Of a DNA stretch of 58,110 nucleotides, positions 19,732 through 29,094 are shown piece after piece. Location of the stretch: NCBI GenBank assembly GCA_947494155.1, contig CANLTW010000009.1:1-58110 (forward strand), written 5' to 3'. The notes under the pieces are model-generated. The model searched no databases. It was not told the DNA's origin and saw nothing but the letters and a program-made list of their open reading frames with translations. The translations under genes were made by a program, and so were the position numbers. The stretch comes from Chlamydiota bacterium. Lineage in GTDB: Bacteria; Chlamydiota; Chlamydiia; Chlamydiales; RGXB01. The stretch's first letter is position 1. Every line of letters begins with the position of its first letter.

Positions 19732-21165
19732 TTAGTGCTCCTCCTCTTTGAGAGCGGCCTTTGCCGGATTCCAACTAGGTTTTTTAAAGGCATGAATGAT
19801 GAGGGGCAAAGCCACCATAGAAACCAACCCAATAACAAGAAAAGAGACATAGGCAATCACAGACTCGTTTTTGAATTGAGCAGGGGGGATGAACACCAAA
19901 AAGATACCAAAGATCGAAGTGACGATTCCAAGGCTTGCTATCAACCACATCCCTTTATGGGGATGAGGAATCTGGTACGCTCTTGGGACATTGGGCCTTG
20001 TGTAGCGTAAGCGTACTGCTGCAATAAACATCATCACGTACATCACTAGATAGATTTGGGCGCTTAGGGCGGTAAGAATCCAAAATGCACTGCTGATGGA
20101 GGGCATCAAAAGGTACATAAAAGCCGCCAAGGTCACAATAATCGCCTGAAGATATAGGAGGTTTGTGGGTACTTGGTTACGATTTAATTTTTGAAAAATA
20201 GGGGGGAGGTTTCCATGACGAGATGTGGTGTAGAGACCTTTTACCGGTCCAATAATCCAGGCATTGGTTTCACCGACAGCGCCAGCCACAAGTAGCACCC
20301 CTAAAAACCCTAAAAGCCAAGTCAGGTTGTAGTTGTCGAGGAAAATTTTCAGCGCAGCCATTAAACCCGACGCAAGGCTTATCTCCTCTTTGGGAATCAC
20401 CCAAGCGATGGATAATGACCCTAAAAGGAAAAGGACAAAGGTGATTACTGCAGCCATCAAGATCGCAATGGGGTAATTTCTTTGGGGATTTTGCACCTCT
20501 CCTGCATAGCCGCTTGTTACCTCTAACCCGGCAAAAGAGAGAAAAAGACCACCCAAAAAGACGATGTTATCGAGTCTGCTGAAGTCGGGCAATAGGCTTT
20601 CTGTCGAAAGCTGAATTTGTAATGGTTCACCGCTCATTACCCAGGATATCCCTAATCCAATTAAAAAAATGCCGGGGAGAATCGTACCAGCTATAACGCA
20701 AAAGGTACTAAACCAGCTCGAGAGTCTGATCCCGGAGAAATTGAAAAAAGTCATACCCCAAAAACTGGCGAGAATTACAGTGAGAACGTAGTACTTATTC
20801 TCTACAAAAGGGGGATAAAATACATATGCGAGAGTCGTCGCTACAAAAGAGAGGATAACCGGGAACCACGTAACGTTGTGTACCCATTGAATCCAAATGG
20901 CAAAAAATCCCCATTTATCCCCAAGGGCCTCACGAACCCAGATGTAAATACCGCCCGATTTAGGCCACCCAGTCGCAAGTTCAGCTGCTACTAAAGCTTG
21001 GGGTACTAAAAAAGTCAGCGCAACGACTAAAAAGAAAAAAATTGAACTGTAGCCGAATTCTGCTACCAGCGGTAAGCTTCTAAGGCTTGCCATTACTGAA
21101 ACGTTAAGCATTGCTAAAACAAAGATGCTTATGACCCGTTTTGAATTTCCGTTTGCTATTTCCAA
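19732..21165 (-). CDS. APC-family amino acid permease (GadC/XasA-like), copy 1
   Basis: 12-TM pattern, AELATGWPKSGGIYIWV, FAGLE, NPQRNYP, WIIGP. Confidence 0.93.
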   Translation of the reverse strand: MEIANGNSKRVISIFVLAMLNVSVMASLRSLPLVAEFGYSSIFFFLVVALTFLVPQALVAAELATGWPKSGGIYIWVREALGDKWGFFAIWIQWVHNVTWFPVILSFVATTLAYVFYPPFVENKYYVLTVILASFWGMTFFNFSGIRLSSWFSTFCVIAGTILPGIFLIGLGISWVMSGEPLQIQLSTESLLPDFSRLDNIVFLGGLFLSFAGLEVTSGYAGEVQNPQRNYPIAILMAAVITFVLFLLGSLSIAWVIPKEEISLASGLMAALKIFLDNYNLTWLLGFLGVLLVAGAVGETNAWIIGPVKGLYTTSRHGNLPPIFQKLNRNQVPTNLLYLQAIIVTLAAFMYLLMPSISSAFWILTALSAQIYLVMYVMMFIAAVRLRYTRPNVPRAYQIPHPHKGMWLIASLGIVTSIFGIFLVFIPPAQFKNESVIAYVSFLVIGLVSMVALPLIIHAFKKPSWNPAKAALKEEEH

Positions 21166-21228
21166 GACATACCCCTTGAAAGATGAATATTCTATCCTTC
21201 ATAGGTTTTCTAAATAGATTTTGTCAAT

Positions 21229-21546
21229 CTAATCTTCAATATCCTGACGCATTGACAATGAATTGGTTAGAGTGGAAATAATCGCGTCAGACTCATAAAG
21301 AGCCACCCCATTCGACACCAGACAGGGAACTTGCCCCTTTTTTCCTATTGCTAATAGCTCTTCAAGGTTGTTTGGATCCTCAATGTCTTTGATCTCTACT
21401 CGGGATTCCAGGTTGGGTACAGCCCTATACACCTTTTTGCAGTAGCTACAGCTCTCTTTGGTATAGAGTGTTGCCCGGTAGGGTCCTTTTTCAGGTGTTA
21501 CCCCCCCCACAATTAGATAAAAAGGGAAAAAAAGCGAATAGATCAC
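21229..21546 (-). CDS. Glutaredoxin-like protein with hydrophobic N-terminus
   Basis: CSYC active site, QVPCL, LYESDAII. Confidence 0.82.
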   Translation of the reverse strand: MIYSLFFPFYLIVGGVTPEKGPYRATLYTKESCSYCKKVYRAVPNLESRVEIKDIEDPNNLEELLAIGKKGQVPCLVSNGVALYESDAIISTLTNSLSMRQDIED

Positions 21547-21561
21547 GATTTTAAGTTAAAC

Positions 21562-21583
21562 AATTTGAAATTAATTTCAAATT
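21562..21583. promoter_or_regulatory. Perfect 22-bp palindrome, candidate operator
   Basis: aatttgaaattaatttcaaatt in the divergent glutaredoxin/histone intergenic region; function inferred. Confidence 0.35.
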
Positions 21584-21728
21584 AAAAACAGTTTAAAAGC
21601 TATTAAGAACACATATTAGAATTTTTTTTAATTATTAATAGAATTTAATTATTTAATTTGTATATTGCAATTAAAAGACATTGATTTGGGTATAAAAGCT
21701 TTTTAAAAACAAAAAAAAGGAAAATAAC

Positions 21729-22115
21729 ATGGTTGCAAAAAAGAAAGCTGTGAGAAAGGCTTCCAGAAAGTCTTCAGCTAAGAAAGCTACTAAAAAGCAT
21801 TCAACAAGAAAGTCCGCTAAGAAAGCTGCAAAAAGACCAGCTAGAAAAGCCGCTAAGAAAGGGGCAAGAAAAGCCGCTAAGAAAGGGGCAAGAAAAGCCG
21901 CTAAGAAAGGGGCAAGAAAAGCCGCTAAGAAAGGGGCAAAAAAGTCTACACGTCGTAAGTCAGCAAAAAAAGCCACTAAAACGGCTAAAAAAGCTACACG
22001 TCGTAAGTCTACAAAAAGAAAAGCGACACGTCGTAAGTCAGCTAAAAAATCTACAATCAAAAAAGAAATGGGCGAAGTTGTAAGCAAGCTTAAAGCTGCT
22101 ATCGCTGCTCGTTAA
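21729..22115 (+). CDS. hctB: Histone H1-like protein, Hc2/HctB-like
   Basis: Lys/Ala/Arg-rich repetitive 128 aa protein with short non-repetitive tail ending AR; followed by a terminator. Confidence 0.75.
   Translation: MVAKKKAVRKASRKSSAKKATKKHSTRKSAKKAAKRPARKAAKKGARKAAKKGARKAAKKGARKAAKKGAKKSTRRKSAKKATKTAKKATRRKSTKRKATRRKSAKKSTIKKEMGEVVSKLKAAIAAR
21843..21938 (+). repeat. 4 perfect tandem copies of a 24-bp unit encoding RKAAKKGA
   Basis: agaaaagccgctaagaaaggggca x4. Confidence 0.97.
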
Positions 22116-22137
22116 TCTTTTAAATAGATTGAGTTAC

Positions 22138-22170
22138 AAAAAAGGGGCCCTAATCAGGCCCCTTTTTTTT
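22138..22170. terminator. Bidirectional intrinsic terminator
   Basis: aaaaaaggggcc-ctaatca-ggcccctttttttt. Confidence 0.9.
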
Positions 22171-22173
22171 CTT

Positions 22174-23565
22174 TTAAAACTTTTGGTTCCAGCTGGGTTT
22201 TTTAAAACATAGAATGACAAACGGGGCCAAGCTAAAAGTCACAATCCCAATAACTTGAATAAGTTCGTATTGCAATATACCCCCCGTGTCAATTTGGGTT
22301 GGAGGAAAAAATCCGAAAACAATACAAAAAAGACTCGATAGAATCCCCATGCTTGAGACGAAGAACATTCCCCATTTTTTTCCTGGTACACAAAAAGCCC
22401 TTGTTACCTCAGGTCGTTTTATTTTTAAAACAATAGCCGAGATAAATAGCAATAGATACATCAATAGGTACAACTGTGAAACCATAGCCGTCATCATCCA
22501 AAAGGAGCTGCTTACATTAGGCATGATCAGGAAAACCGTGGCCAGGATTGTAACGATAACCCCCTGTAAGATCAGCATTCCTACGGGAGTGCCATTTTGG
22601 TTCACTTTTCGTAAGATCGGGGGAAGGTCTCCGTTTTCCGCTGCGGTCAAGAGCCCTTTTGACGGGCCGGCTATCCATGTGCTTAAACCGGCCAATGCAC
22701 CAAAAGAGATCAAGACCGAGATCAGAGGGATATACCCCTTGAGGTTGTAAGCGGTAAGAAAATAGTCGATTGCAGCTACACTTCCGGCTATTAGGTTAAT
22801 TTTTTCCTGGGGAATAACCATCGCGATAGCCAGCGTTCCAAGGCTTGTAAAAATCACAATCAATACAACAGAGATGAGGATTGCGAGCGGGTAGCTTTTT
22901 TGCGGGTTTTCCACATCATTAGCATGAACAGCGTTCATTTCGATACCGGCAAAACTGAGAATAACACCCGACAAAAATACCAGTTGGTAGGGGTGGGTTA
23001 TGGAGGGAATGAAGGAATTCCAGGTCATCTCTATCTCCATAGGTTTTCCCCAGTAAAGCCAAGATAGACCAAGGATAACAATAAGGGCTCCGGGCAAAAG
23101 CGTCCCCGTGATTACCCCTAGGGTACTGATAAACCCCGAAAAACGGATCCCTTTAAAATTTAAAAGCGTTACGCCCCAAAAGACAATCAGTATGGTAAAA
23201 AACGTAAACAGGTTGTTATCCGCTAATGAGGGCTCTATTGCATAGGCCATCGTTCCGGCGATGAATGAGAGGATTGTTGGATACCAGACGACGTTTTCCA
23301 CCCATAGTAACCAGACAGCCAGAAAGCCCATTCTGTCGCCCAATGCCTCTTTCACCCAGACAAAAATCCCCCCTTTTTGGGGCCAGCCTGTTGCAAGTTC
23401 TGCAGATACCAAAGCTGATGGGATAAAGAAGGTGACTACAGCCAAAAGGATAAAAAATAGGGAGGAGAATCCGAATTCTGCTGCAAAAGGCCAATTTTTT
23501 ATGCTGAGAATCGTTGCCAGATTCATCATGGTCAGCAAAAAAACGGTTATGGAGGGTTTTTTCAT
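22174..23565 (-). CDS. APC-family amino acid permease (GadC-like), copy 2
   Basis: AELATGWPQKGG, FAGIEMNAVH, NPQKSYP. Confidence 0.93.
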   Translation of the reverse strand: MKKPSITVFLLTMMNLATILSIKNWPFAAEFGFSSLFFILLAVVTFFIPSALVSAELATGWPQKGGIFVWVKEALGDRMGFLAVWLLWVENVVWYPTILSFIAGTMAYAIEPSLADNNLFTFFTILIVFWGVTLLNFKGIRFSGFISTLGVITGTLLPGALIVILGLSWLYWGKPMEIEMTWNSFIPSITHPYQLVFLSGVILSFAGIEMNAVHANDVENPQKSYPLAILISVVLIVIFTSLGTLAIAMVIPQEKINLIAGSVAAIDYFLTAYNLKGYIPLISVLISFGALAGLSTWIAGPSKGLLTAAENGDLPPILRKVNQNGTPVGMLILQGVIVTILATVFLIMPNVSSSFWMMTAMVSQLYLLMYLLLFISAIVLKIKRPEVTRAFCVPGKKWGMFFVSSMGILSSLFCIVFGFFPPTQIDTGGILQYELIQVIGIVTFSLAPFVILCFKKPSWNQKF

Positions 23566-23679
23566 CCATTTAAGTTACCCGAACCAGCAAGATATTTTCA
23601 ACCCTTGAACTCATGCGAGGTTTATTTTTAAAAAAGAGAAAGAAAAGGGGGTAAGCTTAATGATTTAAGATGATAGCTA

Positions 23680-24726
23680 TTAGGGCAAGCACCGGTCATC
23701 TTTGAGCTGTTTTGGTTTTAAAGGACAATGTTTACGTCTTGAGGCAACCCAATCATACCAGCGTTGTAAAGTTTTTACAGGGACCATTTTGAAGATCGTA
23801 AAGATACCTGTAAACCAGGGGAGGTAATCTAGAAGGTTGAGCAGCGCGATAGCGCCATCAGATTTACCGGTGTCTTCAACTAGGTAGAGTCGATCTTTTT
23901 TAGGAGGCGCTTTAAAAAACTTAGCGTAGGTTTCCCCTTCAAGGGGGGCAAAACGGAGGTATTTGTAAAGATCTAAAACCATCAGCGATCGGACAGCAAA
24001 ACTGCACAAGCCGCAGTTTTGGTCATAAAACAGGATAGGGTTAAAACTTGGCTGGATAAAATCGGCCTCGACAACTGTGTGCTTAGCATACATTGCGGAA
24101 ATTTCGGGGGCCGTTTTGTAACCTTTTAAAAGGTCTGTTTGTAGTTTTAGCTCTTGAACTTTTTGAAATTTCCAGGGGGCGTGAAAGACTTTTCCCTCGT
24201 AAATATGAGTTTTATTTTTTACAAAATACGAGGAACGGTCGCTTATAAAGCTGGTAAGGGGGTCATGGGGTTGCTTTTCCTTTGCTATCTTGGCTTCAAT
24301 AAGTGTTGTTTCTTTTCTAGAGGTTGCTCGAGACATTTCGAATCGAAAGAGCTCTTTTTTGAGACTAAAACGGATTTTTCGATACCGGTAGTTGAGATGG
24401 AAGAGAGCTCTTGCCCCTAACACCTCAAATAGACTTGCAGCGTCAAGAGAAAAAAAGTAGACCCCTGCCTTGCCATGAACGCGTACATAAGTGCGCAAAT
24501 TACACTCGTAAAAGGAGGGGTTGAAAAAAGTGGAAATTTTTTTAAAAGCAAACCCCTTCATAGTTAAAGGTGCTATAGTAATAAAGGCCTTTTTTTCGAA
24601 AAGATCCACCTCCATCCCCTGAGGGAGCATCTTTTGAAGACGATCGGGATCGATAGAAAAATTGATGAACATCAGGTCTTCCCATACCATGGATAAGGGA
24701 GGGGTGCCTGGCGCCTTTTTTTTCAT
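23680..24726 (-). CDS. DUF2071/YqjF domain fused to DCC-family thiol-disulfide oxidoreductase
   Basis: WEDLMF, ECNLRTYV, GVYFFSLDA, HAPW; C-terminal FYDQNCGLC (DxxCxxC) and YDWVASRR; ATGA overlap with upstream permease. Confidence 0.85.
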   Translation of the reverse strand: MKKKAPGTPPLSMVWEDLMFINFSIDPDRLQKMLPQGMEVDLFEKKAFITIAPLTMKGFAFKKISTFFNPSFYECNLRTYVRVHGKAGVYFFSLDAASLFEVLGARALFHLNYRYRKIRFSLKKELFRFEMSRATSRKETTLIEAKIAKEKQPHDPLTSFISDRSSYFVKNKTHIYEGKVFHAPWKFQKVQELKLQTDLLKGYKTAPEISAMYAKHTVVEADFIQPSFNPILFYDQNCGLCSFAVRSLMVLDLYKYLRFAPLEGETYAKFFKAPPKKDRLYLVEDTGKSDGAIALLNLLDYLPWFTGIFTIFKMVPVKTLQRWYDWVASRRKHCPLKPKQLKDDRCLP

Positions 24727-26114
24727 GAAATCTCGTCCCACGACGGTTTTTTAAATAAGGTGATAATAAAAGGGGCTACAACAAGGAAAAGGACTCCAAA
24801 AATCTGAATCAGTTCGTAGACTCTTAGATCCACGCCTCCTAGTTCACTTGGGGGGATAAACCCGATTACAAGTATAAAGATAAAGACCACAAAACCCACA
24901 ATATTTGTGAGCCAGAAACCTACGCTTCCTCCAGGAACTTTAAAGGGTCTGTGCACCTGGGGTTGCGCATAACGTAATCGGATTGCGGCTGCAAACATCA
25001 GGATATACATGATGATATAGAGTTGAGCTACCATTGCTTCCAAGATCCAAAAGGAGTGGCTCACGCTGGGTAAAATGATAAAAAGTGTACTCATAACCGA
25101 GACGAGGATCCCCTGGAGAACTAACATTCCAAGAGGCATCCCTTTTTTATTGGTCTTGTGGAGAAAAGGGGGGAGATCCCCATATTTTGCCGCCATTAAA
25201 AGCCCCCTGGAGGGGCCAATAATCCAGGTCGAAAGGCTTGCAAGAGCACCCACAGCGATAAAGATCCCTACAAACGGCGTTAGGTAGGAGAGTCGGTATT
25301 TTTGAAAGATATAGGCAACTGTTTCGATACCGCCCGAGGTAAAACTAATGGAGTTTGGGGGGAGTACCATCGCTACAGATAACGTGCCTAAAGTAGAAAA
25401 TATGGTCAAAATGATCAGGGTGACCAAAATAGCCACCGGAAAGTTTTTTTGGGGGTTTTGCACGTCGTTCGCATGAATAGCGTTCATTTCGATCCCGGAA
25501 TAGCTCTCTACAAGGCCAGCTATGATTGCAAGGCTTGCTAAGGAGGTAACGTCGGGAACTGCGTTCTGTAGGTTCATAGGTATTTCAATCGGATTGCCGG
25601 ATAGGTACCACCCAAAACCTAACAAGATGATCACCGCTCCGGGAATCAGTGTACCGATGATGACGCTATAGGATGTAAATATCCCCGATTCTTTGATTCC
25701 TCGCAGATTAAAGAGGGTCATACCCCAGTAGATTACATTGATTGATATGGCAGTAAACCAGGGGTTATTTGACAAGTCTCCCCCCACAACGTAGCCCAAA
25801 GCTCCCGCTATGAAAGTTAGAATGGTGGGGTACCAGACGACATTCTCGATCCAAAGCAGCCATACCGCAAGAAAACCGATCTTGTGTCCAAAGGCCTCTT
25901 TAACCCAAATGTACACACCCCCAGTCTGAGGCCACGCGGTTGCAAGTTCCGCAGAGATGAAAGCAACCGGAACCATGAAACCTAAAATGACCAAAAGGAT
26001 GACTAAAACGGAGCCCAAACCGAACCCAGCAGCAAATGGCCAAGTCTTTAGACTTAAGATTGCAGCGAGGTTCATCATCGTGAGAACAAATAAGCTTATA
26101 GAGCGCCGAGCCAT
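24723..26114 (-). CDS. APC-family amino acid permease, copy 3
   Basis: AELATAWPQTGG, YSGIEMNAIH; start MARRS at 26114. Confidence 0.93.
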   Translation of the reverse strand: MARRSISLFVLTMMNLAAILSLKTWPFAAGFGLGSVLVILLVILGFMVPVAFISAELATAWPQTGGVYIWVKEAFGHKIGFLAVWLLWIENVVWYPTILTFIAGALGYVVGGDLSNNPWFTAISINVIYWGMTLFNLRGIKESGIFTSYSVIIGTLIPGAVIILLGFGWYLSGNPIEIPMNLQNAVPDVTSLASLAIIAGLVESYSGIEMNAIHANDVQNPQKNFPVAILVTLIILTIFSTLGTLSVAMVLPPNSISFTSGGIETVAYIFQKYRLSYLTPFVGIFIAVGALASLSTWIIGPSRGLLMAAKYGDLPPFLHKTNKKGMPLGMLVLQGILVSVMSTLFIILPSVSHSFWILEAMVAQLYIIMYILMFAAAIRLRYAQPQVHRPFKVPGGSVGFWLTNIVGFVVFIFILVIGFIPPSELGGVDLRVYELIQIFGVLFLVVAPFIITLFKKPSWDEIS

Positions 26115-26289
26115 ATTCAAACCTATCGAGTTAAACTGGTTAATTGTCAAATAAATCTTCCCATAAAATTTAGATATTAAAAAGGAAAACTCTTGGAGTC
26201 GATAGCTTCCCCTCAAATTTTGCCTAGAACTAACGGAATGATTTTTCTGCTCATTTCATAAAATCCTTCGGCGAGTTATTAGGAAAGTT

Positions 26290-26467
26290 ATGAGTGGTAT
26301 AAAAGAAATATGGCTTGTACGTCATGGTGTGACCCAATGGAGCAAGTCCGGTCAGCATACGAGCTTTTCAGATCCGGATATTTTGCCGGAGGGGATAAAA
26401 AAATTACAAACTCTCAACCGTTTTTTTGTGGGATAGCCTTTTGATATGGTCTATTGCAGCACACCCC
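26290..26467 (+). pseudogene. Truncated histidine phosphatase copy
   Basis: MSGIKEIWLVRHG... near-identical to the start of the 28377 gene; GAG to TAG stop at 26434; homology ends at the duplication junction. Confidence 0.92.
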
Positions 26468-26812
26468 TACCAGTAGTTGAAATGGTTGAGAGCTTTTTCC
26501 CTTTAACACTTCAAATAGGCTTAGAGCATCTAGATAGAAAAAGTAGACCGCTACCTTGCCGTGAACCCGCACATAAGTGCGCAAATAACAATCGTAAAAG
26601 GAGGGAGAAAAAAAAGTCCAAATCTTTTTAGAAACAAACCTCTACATATGCGGGTCGTTATAGTAATAAAGGCCTTTTTTTTCGAAAAGATCTACCTTCA
26701 TGCCCTCAGGGAGTATCTTTTAAAGACGATCGGGATCGATAGAAAAATTGATGAACATCAGGTCTTCACATACCATGGATAACGGATGGGTGCCTGGCGT
26801 CTTTTTTTTTAT
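26468..26812 (-). pseudogene. Decayed 5' fragment of the DUF2071-DCC gene
   Basis: Aligns to 24383-24726 with substitutions and indels; start ATG mutated to ATA. Confidence 0.9.
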
Positions 26813-28200
26813 GAAATCTCGTCCCACGACGGTTTTTTAAATAAGGTGATAATAAAAGGGGCTGCAACAAGCAAGAGGACTCCGAAAATCTGAATCAGTT
26901 CGTAGTCTTTAGAATCCACCCCTCCTAGTTCGTTAGGGGGGACAAACCCCATTACAAGTATAAAGATAAAGACCACAAAACCCACAATATTTGTCAGCCA
27001 GAAACCTATGCTTCCTCCAGGAACTTTAAAGGGTCTGTGCACCTGAGGTTGCGCATAACGTAATCGGATTGCGGCCGCAAACATTAGGATATACATGATG
27101 ATATAGAGTTGAGCCACAATCACCTCTAAGATCCAAAAGGATTGGTTTATGCTGGGTAAAATGATAAAAAGTGTACTCATAACCGAAACGAGGAGCCCCT
27201 GGAGAACTAACATTCCAAGAGGCATCCCTTTTTTATTGGTCTTGTGGAAAAAAGGGGGGAGATCCCCATGTTTTGCCGCCATTAAAAGCCCCCTGGAGGG
27301 GCCAATAATCCAATTCGAAACGCTTCCTAGAGCACCCACAGCGATAAAGATCCCTACAAACGGCGTTAGGTAGGAGAGTTGGTATTTTTGAAAGATATAG
27401 GCAACTGTTTCGATACCGCCTGAGGTAAAACTTATGGAGTTTGGAGGGAGTACCATCGCTACAGATAACGTGCCTAGAGTGGAAAATATGGCTAAAATGA
27501 TCAGGGTGACCAAAATAGCCACCGGAAAGTTTTTTTGAGGGTTTTGTACGTCGTTAGCATGAATAGCGTTCATTTCGATCCCAGCATAGCTCTCTACAAG
27601 GCCGGCTATGATTGCAAGGCTTGATAGGGAGGTAACATCAGGAACTGCGTTTTGTAAGTTCATTGGTATTTCAATCGGATTGCCGGATAGGTACCATCCA
27701 AAACCTAACAAGATGATCACCGCTTCTGGAATTAGTGTGCCGATGATGACGCTACAGGATGTAAATATCCCTGATTCTTTGACTCCTTGCAGATTAAAGA
27801 GGGTCATAGCCCAGTAGATTACATTGATTGATATGGCAGTAAACCAGGGGTTATTTGACAAGTCTACCCCCACAACGTAGCCCAAAGCTCCAGCTATGAA
27901 AGTTAGAATGGTGGGGTACCAGACGACACTCTCGATCCAAAGCAGCCAAACCGCTAGAAAACCGATCTTGTGCCCAAAAGCCTCCTTCACCCAAATGTAA
28001 ACACCCCCGGTCTGAGGCCAAGCTGTTGCAAGTTCCGCAGAGATGAAAGCAACCGGAACCATGAAACCTAAAATGACCAAAAGGATAAGTAAAACGGAAC
28101 CCAAACCGAACCCAGCAGCAAATGGCAAAGTCTTTATACTTAAGATTGCAGCAAGGTTCATCATCGTGAGAACAAATAAACTTATAGAGGGCCGAGCCAT
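26809..28200 (-). CDS. APC-family amino acid permease, copy 4 (paralog of copy 3)
   Basis: Highly similar to 24723-26114; start MARPS at 28200. Confidence 0.93.
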   Translation of the reverse strand: MARPSISLFVLTMMNLAAILSIKTLPFAAGFGLGSVLLILLVILGFMVPVAFISAELATAWPQTGGVYIWVKEAFGHKIGFLAVWLLWIESVVWYPTILTFIAGALGYVVGVDLSNNPWFTAISINVIYWAMTLFNLQGVKESGIFTSCSVIIGTLIPEAVIILLGFGWYLSGNPIEIPMNLQNAVPDVTSLSSLAIIAGLVESYAGIEMNAIHANDVQNPQKNFPVAILVTLIILAIFSTLGTLSVAMVLPPNSISFTSGGIETVAYIFQKYQLSYLTPFVGIFIAVGALGSVSNWIIGPSRGLLMAAKHGDLPPFFHKTNKKGMPLGMLVLQGLLVSVMSTLFIILPSINQSFWILEVIVAQLYIIMYILMFAAAIRLRYAQPQVHRPFKVPGGSIGFWLTNIVGFVVFIFILVMGFVPPNELGGVDSKDYELIQIFGVLLLVAAPFIITLFKKPSWDEIS

Positions 28201-28376
28201 ATATAACCCTATCGAGTTAAACAGGTTAATTGTCAAATAAATCCCCCTATAAAATTTAGATATAAAAAAGAAAAAACTCGTGGAGTCGATAGCTTCTTAT
28301 CTAATTTTGCCTAGAACTCACGGAAAAATTTTTCAACTCTTTTCATAAAACCCTTCGGCGAGTTATTAGAAAATTT

Positions 28377-28940
28377 ATGAGTAGTATAAAAGAAATATGG
28401 CTTGTACGTCATGGCGTGACTGAATGGAGCAAGTCCGGTCAGCACACGAGCTTTTCAGATCCGGATATTTTGCCGGAGGGGATAAAAAAATTACAAACTC
28501 TCAACCGTTTTTTTGTGGGAGAGTCTTTTGATATGGTCTATTGCAGTACATCCCTTCGGTCAAGGCACACCGCTAAAATATTAGGGTTTGAAGTATCCGA
28601 GCTGACGTACGATCTCAACGAGTGGAACTATGGGGTTTATGAGGGGATTACAACGCCCCAAATAAGAGAAATCGAACAAAGAGAGTGGACGGTCTTTAAA
28701 TATGGTTGTCCAGGGGGGGAAAGCCCAAAAGAAATAAGCGATAGAGTGGATCGGTTTTTGAATCGTATCGAGGGGAGATGTCTGATTTTCACCTCCGGGC
28801 ATGTAGGTCGCGCCTTAATTGCAAGATTTTTAAAACTGCCTATAGAGGCGGGTGCCCAGTTTGTTCTACAGCCGGGAAAATTATCTATTTTAGGTTTTGA
28901 GCACGAATCGCCCGTAATTACCGGTTTAAATTTGCACTAA
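28377..28940 (+). CDS. Histidine phosphatase family protein
   Basis: LVRHGVTEWS, LNEWNYGVYEG, PGGES, SGH. Confidence 0.93.
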   Translation: MSSIKEIWLVRHGVTEWSKSGQHTSFSDPDILPEGIKKLQTLNRFFVGESFDMVYCSTSLRSRHTAKILGFEVSELTYDLNEWNYGVYEGITTPQIREIEQREWTVFKYGCPGGESPKEISDRVDRFLNRIEGRCLIFTSGHVGRALIARFLKLPIEAGAQFVLQPGKLSILGFEHESPVITGLNLH

Positions 28941-29094
28941 ATTTCTCATAAGGCTACATCATGCCCCTTTTTTCCTGTTTGGATGGGACATGGAACTAGG
29001 AGAGCCTTTTTCTCTTTTAAAGATTTCTATAAGAGCGTTGAAAGCTTAATGAATATACGATAGAGTAGCCCCCGATTCATTCAGGGATACTTTC

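Larger units (their letters stand above)
24383..28555. repeat. Diverged ~2.09 kb tandem duplication (units ~24383-26467 and ~26468-28555)
   Basis: Colinear similarity at 2085-2087 bp offset across the DUF2071 5' part, permease, intergenic region and phosphatase 5' part. Confidence 0.95.

Noticed and set aside
21843..21938. 24-bp repeats as a CRISPR array
   Set aside because: No spacers, in frame within a CDS, no cas genes
21671..22087. 138 aa minus-strand ORF with LAAFLAPF repeats
   Set aside because: Antisense shadow of the repetitive histone gene
26446..26782. Short plus-strand ORFs of 61 and 73 aa
   Set aside because: Read-through of the duplication junction and antisense to the DUF2071 pseudogene
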